64,000 bases of DNA, taken from Octopus sinensis (Eukaryota). Below the pieces are notes generated by a model. The model searched no databases, had not been told where the DNA came from, and saw nothing but the letters and a program-made list of their open reading frames with translations. The translations under genes and the position numbers were made by a program. Shown here in pieces: positions 24,319 through 34,700 of the stretch (positions within the stretch are counted from its first letter, which is position 1; every line of letters begins with the position of its first letter). The DNA lies in NCBI RefSeq assembly GCF_006345805.1, contig NC_043007.1:28768001-28832000 (forward strand), in the 5' to 3' direction.

Positions 24319-25238
24319 TATATAAGTCAGACGATATAGTGTATATTTAAACACATAGAGAATCCACTTATAGGAATTCTACGCGCTAGAAAGAACAGCC
24401 AAGTTCTATGACCACAAAAAATTCAGGATAAAATTCGACAGGAATAAATTTGGAAATGAAAAACATTTACCATCTAGTTTCCTGGACCAATTGGTTTCTA
24501 ATCTTCTTTTAGCGAGTCAAGGAGAACTCACAAGGTTTGATTTTCTTCAGCAGGTCCAACCCAGTGTTATACATATCCACACGAGACAAACAAGGCCAAC
24601 TTATTAACCTACTTTAGTCTTTTTGACTAAAATTTTTTATGTGTTAGACCACTGGAAATGTAAATTTTAATTGAATGTTTTTAATTTTAATCAAATTCCA
24701 TTTCCCTTTGATATGGTTAAATACTGTAAGTTTTTGGATAATTTTCGGTTAATAAGTTGGCAGTTTTTTATTGTAGCCAACAAAGGACTGTGTCTGCGCA
24801 GTAAATTTGAAAAGTTAGTTCGTATAAACACAAGACAGGTAGCCTTGTTTGTCTCGTGTGGATATGTTTAACACTGGGTTGGACCTGCTGAAGAAAATCA
24901 AACCTTGTGAGTTCTCCATGACTCGCTAAAAGGTGATTAGAAACCAATTGCTCCAGGAAACTAGATAGTAAATGATTTTCATTTCCAAATTTATTCCTGT
25001 CGAATTTTATCCTGAATTTTTTGTGGTCATAGAACTTAGCTGTTCTTTCTAGCGTGTAGAATTCCAATAAGTGGATTCTCTGTGTTTAAATATACACTAT
25101 ATTGTATGACTAATATATAGTCTTTTTGACTAAAGTTTTTTTACGCATTAGACCACTGGAAATGTAAATTTTAATTTAATGTTTTTTATTTAATTAAATT
25201 CCATTTATTTTAATTAAATTCCATTTCCCTTTGATATG
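24319..25238. repeat. ~277-bp inverted repeat (24319-24596 / 24842-25118) plus ~100-bp direct repeat (24615-24715 / 25118-25238)
   Basis: Read directly; arms roughly 90% identical by eye. Confidence 0.9.
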
Positions 25239-25240
25239 AT

Positions 25241-25332
<92 letters not shown>

Positions 25333-25880
25333 TGTACATATACATACTTAAATTCATTTGTGTACACACGCACGTGCTTTTACAGCGAGTTGAAATCCCT
25401 TCCTCTCACTGACCACATAACTTCCGTTTTTCCATTTGGATAAACAGAGTCCCTTATACAAGATCTGGCTACAATATTATCTTCTGCTCATTTTCTAAAA
25501 TGTTCAACTGACATTGTCTATCGCGTTCCTCGCACCCTGTTGAACATGTTCTCCATACAGAACAGAAAAACGAATCTTTACAAACCTTAAATACAGATAC
25601 GCTTTTGAAATATTCACCAATGCTAACTTTTTATACTCGTTTATTCTCATTGTTTAACCCCTAACTTGAGCCTGAGAAGGTTTATGATCAAAGGCGTTCT
25701 AGCTATGACCACCTCATCTATTTTTGCCAGAGATAGTATATCACAAACTCCATTATATAGTGGGACATTTTTCAAGATGGTAGAGTATTATTTAAAGATT
25801 TGACTGCTATTTCCAGCAAGGCTGGAGATCATGTCTACAATGTCATTTGATATTGTAATGCCCAACAAAAAGTGGACGAT

Positions 25881-25956
25881 GGCCAGAGTGGTGACCAGAG
25901 TGGTGGCCAGAGTGGTGACCAGAGTGGTGGCCAGAGTGGTGGCCAGAGTGGTGACC
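25881..25956. repeat. 12-bp minisatellite G(G/A)CCAGAGTGGT x6.3
   Basis: Directly visible. Confidence 0.9.
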
Positions 25957-26409
25957 TGAACTAGTCACAGAGTCCAAAGTAGCTCAGTTTATGTTTTGGT
26001 TTTGTCTGAGGTTGAACCGTTACCATTGTTAGTGGTTCTTAAACCAGAAAAGTGGCCTGAATGTTAATGACCGACTGAACACCATGAAAGAAACCTGGGG
26101 ACCAGATGGGGTTATTAAACCAAGATGATAGATTAAGTCCACCACCCTTGGACAGGAACAGTCTTTCTAATGACCTTCCACACCTTGGTTCTACTGAAGC
26201 TATGTTAGAAGACACTTATCCAAGCTGCCGTGCACTGGGATTGAACCCAAATCCACCAAGCTGTGAAGCAATCTTCTTAATCAAGTGACCTGCATCAATA
26301 ATTTACTTCAGGGTGAGATTGAACCAAGAACCATAAAGTTATCTCTGGCAAACAGCTTCTTGTTAGCGATGAATTCACTTGTTTCTTGAGAAAGTATTCT
26401 AGTATTCAT

Positions 26410-26640
26410 ATTTCTTTATTACCCACAAGGGGCTAAACATAGAGGGGACAAACAAGGACAGACAAATGGATTAAGTCGATTACATCGACCCCAGTGTGTA
26501 ACTGGTGCTTATTTAATTGACCCCAAAAGGATGAAAGGCAAAGTCGACCTCGGCGGAATTTGAACTCAAAACATAGCGGCTGACGAAATACTGCTAAGCA
26601 TTTCGCCCAGCGTGCTAACGATTCTGACAGCTCTCCAACT
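26410..26640 (-). mobile_element. tRNA-derived SINE, family A
   Basis: Near-identical to 4581-4811. Confidence 0.85.
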
Positions 26641-28076
26641 TTGTGTTCTAGTATTCAGCCCAGATAGGAGCCACCCAACTATCACTGGTGTTGTTTTATT
26701 GGTGTATCACTTAAAATAGAGTCTTTAAGGAGAAAACTCATCAGACTGCCTCCTCTCTCCATTCCTCAGTCTTCAAGAAGAGACAGCATCAGGTTTTTTC
26801 CCCCCATCCCTGTTGTGTCACTTTAATTACATTCTACACTTGTAGTCCTTTCTCCTTAGAACTCTCTCTGATTATGTTTTCCCTCCACACATCAAACACA
26901 CCAGTCTAAAATCCTATTCAAATGCTATGGACACTGACTCTCTTCCATGGATTAAACAATAACCCCTAATTTTGATCCAGGTCATAAACTTAATGTCTGT
27001 CATAATGCTACATGGCCACATATTTTGGTGCCAGGCTCGAGTAAATTACAAACCTTGCCAACCCCAGTATTTCACTGATGTCATTTTGTCAACCCTTGAA
27101 GCCAGGTTATAAAGCTGTAATATGTCCATATTTATGTGTGTCTTTAATCAGGTCCAATTTCCCTTATTGTACAGTTGCTAAAACAATAACATGTATGAAG
27201 TATACATACCTTGTTTCTTTTGATAGCTATGGTTTGCTGTAGCATGGTCTGTATCATATCCAATAGGAATACACTTCTGTTGGAAATTGAGCAATTCTTG
27301 GTGTGTATACTTCCTGTAGCTCCTTGCTTCTCCAATGAAAATATACGATATTGCAGCACAGACATCAAAACAAGACATTTAATGCAGGGAATCGAGCGAG
27401 ATACAACAGGAATTGAACCAGCGATGTGTGGCTAACAGCATCAGCAACGAATGACATTGTGGATGAAGAATTAGAGAGAAGTCAAGATAAACAGAACTGC
27501 TGTTCTTTTGCTGAAGCCCTTCATAATGCTAACCACTTTGTAGAGTGCATTGAGGGCTTTTTATGTGGCACCAACACCTGTGAGGTAAACAACTAACTTA
27601 CTGGATAAGATCCTTTAAATGAAGAGATGGGGATGGGGGAACTCACTGAGGGTGGTCAATTGTGACTATCGGTTGAAAGGGAAGATGAAGGAAGTAGGAT
27701 TGGGTCGGGGAGGAGGTGAGAGGTGGCAGCAAAGAGTGTGGGTGTGCAAGAGAGATGCACGGTGCAAGGAATAGGGGGTAAATAATGGGAGAAGGCTTCA
27801 TTGACAAAATGATGTGGGGTACCAAGGAAAAGGAGAAGTGAAGGGGGAGTTTGGGTAGTAAGGGGTGATATTGAAAATGTATGAGACAAAGGAAGTGAGA
27901 AGGAGGAGGAGGAATGGAAGATGTGCAGTTCTGTTCTCAGAATGAAGAAAGCAAGGGAATGAATAGTGCCGTAGTTAGAAGAGTAATGATGGAGAGTGGG
28001 TAGGAAAGATGTGTGAGGAACAGATTGAATGGAGAAGCATGGGCGGAATGCTTTTAGGGCCTCATTTTTACTAATA

Positions 28077-29625
28077 TATACTCAGAACCACACTAATAGC
28101 TTAGGAGTGAAATTTAGGATTTCCTGGTTTTCTGTGAATTGATTTTGATAAGACTTTTCCCAGCTGATTTGCACACCATGGCAACACCTTTGTTATGTTT
28201 CCATTACTTTGTGTAATGCCCTTTCCTTTTTTTATTTCAGATTCTGCAGTTTTGGGATGAACCACACTAATAGCATTTCTCTGCTCTAAGAACAATGGGA
28301 CATGGAAAAGGCCCTTAACAATGAAGAAAAGTCTGTCATCATAAAGGAAAGTGCTAAAAGTGCCTCCCTTTTTGTCATTGCGGAGAAGTTAGATCATCAT
28401 GTGGACACGGTTAGACGATTCCTGAAGGACCCTTTGCCGAGGAAGAAACAATCCGACTGTGGAACCTCCAAGACTTTGACAGCTAAAGATTTAAGGAATA
28501 CTGGTTGCAAGTTACATGGGAGGCCTGGAAAAACAAGCAAGGCCATTGTCACCACCTCCGGACAACCTCATGTACTGAAAACCACCAGAAATTGCATCCT
28601 TGGGACCATGGCTTCTGTGCAAGAACCCCTGAAACTGCCTCCTTTAACACTTCATCACAGGAGTTTGAGGCTTCAATGGGCCCAAAAGTACAGAATGTTA
28701 GACATAAGTTGTATTCTGTTCACTGATGAAACCAGGGTGATCCTTGACAGACCTGATGGTTGGGAAAATGGTTGGGTCTATTTTGGAGATGAGTGTCACC
28801 AACATTTATGACGTCAACAACAGGGTGGAGGAGTCATGCTGTGGGCTGGTATCAATGGGGACAGACATGCTGGCCCAGTCAGGGTGAGCCTGAAGGGGTT
28901 AAAGTGACCACAGCTGCCTACTGCAATCTCCTGAAGGAGGTCTTGGATCCCTGGTTAGATGACATACCGCTGTCACTTCTAAGGAATCTCGTATTCATGC
29001 ATGACAACACTCTCTCCCACTCTGCTAGGACCACCCAAACATTACTAGGGTCTTACAGCATACAAGGTAAAAGGTTGATGGTGTGGCTGCCAGCATCTCC
29101 AGATCTCAACCCTATCGAAAATCTTTGGTCCATCATTAAACAAGATGTTTATACTGATGGACACCAATTTACGTAGAAAGATGTCTTTTGGGCAACCATC
29201 AAAGCTGCAGCAGAGGCAGTCCAGCCTGCTGCTATTATTAAGAATTTGGCAGATTCCAAGACTAACAGGGATTTTGAAGTTATGAATCGAAATGGTGCTC
29301 ATGTGGCTAAATAATTCACTGTGTCAATAAATGTTAAAATATTAAGGTTTTCTGTTAAATATATACTCAATGTATGCTTAATATGTATCCTTATCCTTCA
29401 TTTTCTGAAGAAAAAAATGTCTGGATGGGCTATTTTTATTCAAAAGCTATTGGTGCAGTTCACCCAAAAACTGGAGAATCTGAAATAAACAGGAATAATG
29501 AAAGCATAACAATGGTGTTGCCATAGTGAGCAAACCAGCTGCAAAAAGTTTTATCAAAATCGATTCACAGAAAACTGAGAAATCCTAAATTTCACTCCTC
29601 AGCTATTAGTGTGGTTCTGGGTGTG
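28077..29625 (+). mobile_element. Tc1-like DNA transposon with DD37E transposase (defective) and ~190-bp IR/DR-type TIRs
   Basis: TIRs start CAGAACCACACTAATAGCT(T/G)AGGAGTGAAATTTAGGATTTC, with inner direct repeats GAACCACACTAATAGC and TA flanks. Transposase 28302-29314 has FTDE, GGGVMLWAGI, MHDN and SPDLNPIENLW (37 residues between the second D and E). Premature stops and frameshifts. Confidence 0.93.
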
Positions 29626-29761
29626 TATTTATAGCCACATATGTATTTATCTCATTCTACACATAACTGTATACATGATTGAAATTATATACACTTCCGT
29701 CTAAATTGCTGGCTGTGTGCCAACATTTGAAGCCAATATCTCTCGACATGCAAACACTTAC

Positions 29762-29936
29762 GTAACTTGTGTAAAAGTTGGTCTGTTGTGGAATCGTCTT
29801 TGTGGCTTCTGTGCTGAGTCTCTGCCGTTGATTCTTGAATGATTGATGTCTCAACAAGCAACAGCCTTTCTGTTAATTGGTCATCTTCATCCTCAGCCAA
29901 CCATTGGTTGCATGGAAATACAAAAGTCTTGGAACT
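29762..29936 (-). CDS. LOXHD1: LOXHD1-like exon (end of PLAT plus linker)
   Basis: GTGCTGTAG acceptor (phase 0), GTAAGT donor (phase 1), 175 nt. Reads SSKTFVFPCNQWLAEDEDDQLTERLLLVETSIIQESTAETQHRSHKDDSTTDQLLHKL. Confidence 0.92.
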
Positions 29937-30734
29937 CTACAGCACAATAAAACCCAATGGATATAGCAAAGTACAATAAATATGTTTGATGAGAATATTA
30001 CTACCCATGTGGAATAAAATAACTTTTACATCCATCCATCCATCAATGGTGACTCCAGCACTTGGGCTGTTTGAGCTTTACCTGAGGATAAATTTAAGGA
30101 AGAGAGTGTGCATTTGCAAGCTGATTTAATTTCTACCAATACTGGCTTCAAGTATGTAATTGCAGCCAATAACTCGGGCTCCTTCTATTGAGCCTGGTCG
30201 CAGTTCATTTATTTTTGTTTAGTGTCTGGTAGTGTCTTAGAAGTGTCCTGTGTCAAAAAATATCATGTGTAGCAGATGTTCTCTCGACATCGTTCACACA
30301 TGCCTGACATGGGCTCAGAAGTTACAGCCTGAGTTGTATTCTATAATCGTAAAAATTAAAAGTAACTCAAATTCAATAAATTTCTATAGGGATTAGGATT
30401 TAAATTCCAATCTTTGAAAAGTTCTCCGTTCTACAATATTCTTAAAGGAACAAAAAATTATGCAGCAACTCAGACTAATTCAAACAAGCCTAATAGATGT
30501 AAAAAACTAACTGGCATCTCTTGTCAAGAGTACAAGCGACAATCAGATTGCTGATGGCTGTTGTGCATTGCACTGTCATTCTGTGTGCAGGGTTGCTTTA
30601 TTTTAACCCTTAACTTAGAAAGGGAGAAAGACATAGTGCTAGATATAAAAAAAAATAAGCCATTTGGGGCTAGAAATAAAGATGTGAAATTCTTCAAGAA
30701 GGCATTTTATCTTATGCAAAATCTGTGATGAGTC

Positions 30735-31776
30735 CGAGTTCACGACCTGTCCCTCTTTCATTGTTTTTGCAAGTATTATTATCACCATCAAGCCTTATTA
30801 TTGTGTCCCCCATATATTATCGTTATCCTTCGTCTCAAATGCTAGCTGAAGCATATAAACTTTCGCTCACAAAAACTTATTCACACGACCGCAAAAAAAA
30901 AACATCTCGTCTCAAATCTGGTCTTTCTGTCGTTTAATTCTCTAACCCATCTTTCCCAACTTACACTCATAGAAAATTATGCACACGACCGCAAACCTTT
31001 CCATCTCAAATCTTGCCTTTCTTACTGCCGCCTAAATCATCGTCTTCTCCCAGTGCGCAATGTCGTTTTTGCCCCTCTGTTATCACCATGTCTCTCTGCC
31101 TCCCTCTCTTCTTCTCTTTCTCTGCGGTTTCTTTGCGTTTTCTCCTCTGTTATCGCTGTCTCTCTCTCTCTTTATTATATATATTTCACTTTCACTCGCT
31201 GCCACAGGCTTCTACCCACACCTCGCTCCCCCTCCCCTATAAACCTACGCACATCGCTGTTCTCTCTCTCTCTATATATATATATATTCACTTTCACTCG
31301 CTGCCACAGGCTTCTAACCCACACCTCCGCTCCCCCCTCCCCTATAAAACCCTACGCACGAGGCTTGACCGCCCCTATTATTGCTTTCCTCCTGGCTATA
31401 ACACACGAACTACGAACTGCAGGATGATGAATAATATCAGCTAAGTCATATTTAAGTTCACGACCTGTCCCTCTTTCATTGTTTTTGCAAGTATTATTAT
31501 CACCATCAAGCCTTATTATTGTGTCCCCCATATATTATCGTTATCCTTCGTCTCAAATGCTAGCTGAAGCATATAAACTTTCGCTCACAAAAACTTATTC
31601 ACACGACCGCAAAAAAAAAACATCTCGTCTCAAATCTGGTCTTTCTGTCGCTTAATTCTCTAACCCATCTTTCCCAACTTACACTCATAGAAAATTATGC
31701 ACACGACCGCAAACCTTTCCATCTCAAATCTTGCCTTTCTTACTGCCGCCTAAATCTCGTCTTCTCCCAGTGCGCA
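30735..31776. repeat. ~325-bp direct repeat (30735-31058 / 31454-31776) enclosing a smaller ~75-bp duplication (31178-31251 / 31280-31358)
   Basis: AGTTCACGACCTGTCCC...CTTCTCCCAGTGCGCA occurs twice, ~720 bp apart. Confidence 0.9.
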
Positions 31777-34700
31777 GTGCGCCCGCCCGCCCCCACCACC
31801 AGTACCGGAAGTCCTTATCTCACCACCAGTACCGGAAGTCCTTATCTCACCTTGCCTTCCTTTGCTTTTCTTCCATGAACACCTAAAGGCCTTAAACCAA
31901 TACCACCCCTTCTATATATGGTGGTGACCATACGGCGCAAAAACATGTTAGTGCAGTGTAACAGGTTGAACTTAAGTTCATTGCTTTGCTTATGAATTCT
32001 GCCAAATGCGAGTTTTCTTCTTCTTTTCAGGTACATGACGGCACTGCTCCCCGTCCCTGGGCCTCTCGGGTCAATTCCTTCCACCCCCTCAGGGTGGGCA
32101 CCCTCAACGCTGGCACACTGAAAGGTAGGTCTGGCGAGATAGTCGAGATGCTTGAACGGAGACGTGTGACGTATGTTGTATGCAAGAAATAAGGTGGAGA
32201 GGAGGATCTGCTAGGTTCCTCACAGGCAAGGAACACAGGTACAAGATTTTCTGGGCAGGGAACACTGACGGGGTTGGTGGCGTGGGTATACTTATCGCTG
32301 AGAAATGGATAGATAGAGTAATTGAGGTAATCAGAGTAAGTGACAGAATACTTAAGATTAGAATAGTGCTTCATCATAGATTAGCAACCATTATATCGGC
32401 CTATGCCCCTCAGCCAGGGCTACCCGATGGACAGAAAGACAGTTTCTATGACACCCTACTGCAGACCACCTCATTGACGAACGACAGGGACCTTCTCTTT
32501 GTGGCTGGTGATTTCAATGGGCATGTTGGACGACATGCTGGGGGCTTCCATGGCGTGCATGGAGGCTACGGTTATGGTTCCCGCAACGAGGAGGGAACCA
32601 GGCTGCTGGAGTTCTGCGATGCGAATAGTCTTATGATCTGCAACACTAACTTCAGGAAACCAACAAGCCACCTGGTCACCTACCGATCGGGCCGGCATGC
32701 TAGCCAAATCGACTACATCCTCGCCAGAAAAAGGGAAAGATGGCTGCTTATAAATGCCAAAACCTTCCCGGGCGAAGAATGCACCCCACAACATAGACTG
32801 GTAGTTAGTGACTTTAGGATCAGGACTAAGAGGGCGACTAGAAGACGACCAACATGGAGAAGAAAGGTCTGGAAGCTTAAAGACCCTGCGAATGGACAGA
32901 GATTTAGAGATATGTTACTTGAAGCCTTTGACGAAGTGGAAGGGGGTATAGCTACACATGGGGTAGAAGACAACTGGACGTTTCTGAGGGACAACCTGCT
33001 GAAAGCCGCTGACCAGATCTGTGGCTGGTGCAAAGTCCCCTTAAGACCCAAAAAACATGGTGGTGGAACAATATTGTTGATAGGGCTATTAGACAAAAGA
33101 AACAGGCTTGGAAGGCCTGGAAGAACGTGGTGGTAGCAGGGAAGTGTATCAGACTGCCAGAAGGGAAGCTAGGAGACAGGTCTATCTAGCCAGAGGGGAA
33201 GCAGATAAAAGAAAATTTGCCAATGTCCTGCGCCGTGAGGATGAAAGACTTGAGGTATTTCGTGTTGCAAGACAGTGTGTGAGAGAGAATCGAGATGTGG
33301 TAGGAGAGAAATGTGTTCGCATGGAGGATGGTTCACTTGCGTTAAATGAGGATGCAAAGAGAGAAGCTTGGAGACGCCACTATGAAAGGTTGCTGAATGA
33401 GGAAAATGAATGGGATAAAGAGAGTCTGCCGAATGTTGACCCAACAGAGGGACCAGCTATCCGAGTTGATAGTTCCGTGGTAGCTAAGGCAATTAGAAGC
33501 ATGAAGACAGGGAAAGCCCCAGGCCCATCAGGAATTACTGCAGAGATGCTCAAAATATCTGGTAGTGTCGGCTATAGCATAGTCACCCGTATAGTTAACC
33601 AGGTGATACACGAAGGAGTCATACCCAATGACTGGTGTAGCAGCATAATAGTCAACTGCTACAAAGGTAAAGGCGATGCCCTAGATACAAATAACTACAG
33701 GGGCATCAAGCTGTTGGATCAGGTAATGAAGGTTACGGAGAGGGTTATAGCCCAGTTAATTAGAGAGAGAGTTAGCTTAGATGATATGCAGTTTGGGTTC
33801 GTGCCAGGGAAAAGTACTACTGATGCTATATTCCTGGTAAGACAGCTGCAGGAGAAATACCTAGCCAAAGGTAAGCCCTTGTACCTGGCTTTTGTTGACT
33901 TAGAGAAAGCCTTTGACAGGGTCCCCCGATCCCTTATCTGGTGGTCAATGAGGAAACTAGGGATAGATGAATGGTTAGTGAGAGCTGTGCGAGCCATGTA
34001 CAGAGACGCAGCTAGTAAGGTGAGGGTTGGCAACGAGTACAGTGAAGAATTCCGGGTAGAGGTTGGGGTCCACCAAGGTTCAGTCCTCAGCCCCCTCCTA
34101 TTTATCATAGTCCTCCAGGCAATAACGGAAGAATTAAGACAGGATGCCCCTGGGAGCTCCTATATGCTGATGACCTTGCTCTAATTGCTGAGTCACTATC
34201 AGAACTGGAGGAGAAGTTTCAGGTGTGGAAACAAGGATTAGAATCGAAGGGCCTTAGAATCAACCTAGCCAAAACCAAAGTCCTAATAAGTAGGAAGGTG
34301 GACCAACCACAAACGACTTCAGGTAGATGGCCCTGCTCGATCTGTAAAAAAAGTAGGTGTAGGTAGAAACTCTATAAGGTGCACCAAGTGTAAGCTATGG
34401 ACACATAAGAGGTGCAGCAATGTCAAAGGAAGGCTAACTAAGAAAATAGTTTTTGTCTGTGGCAGATGCTCAGGAGAAATAAACACTGGAAATGTGCAGA
34501 GTCCAACTTCTACCACGTTCCAGGGAGACAAACTAGAAGTAGTTGATAGCTTCCGCTACCTAGGAGACCAAGTCAGTAGCGGGGGTGGGTGTGCTGAAAG
34601 TGTAACTGCTAGAGTAAGAATAGCCTGGGCAAAGTTTAGAGAGCTCTTACCCCTGCTGGTGACAAAGGTCTCTCGCTAAGAGTAAAAGGCAGCAGACTAT

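Noticed and set aside
27144-27435. Short ORFs with a good GTATGT donor as a possible missing PLAT exon
   Set aside because: No PLAT motif in any frame and no convincing acceptor.
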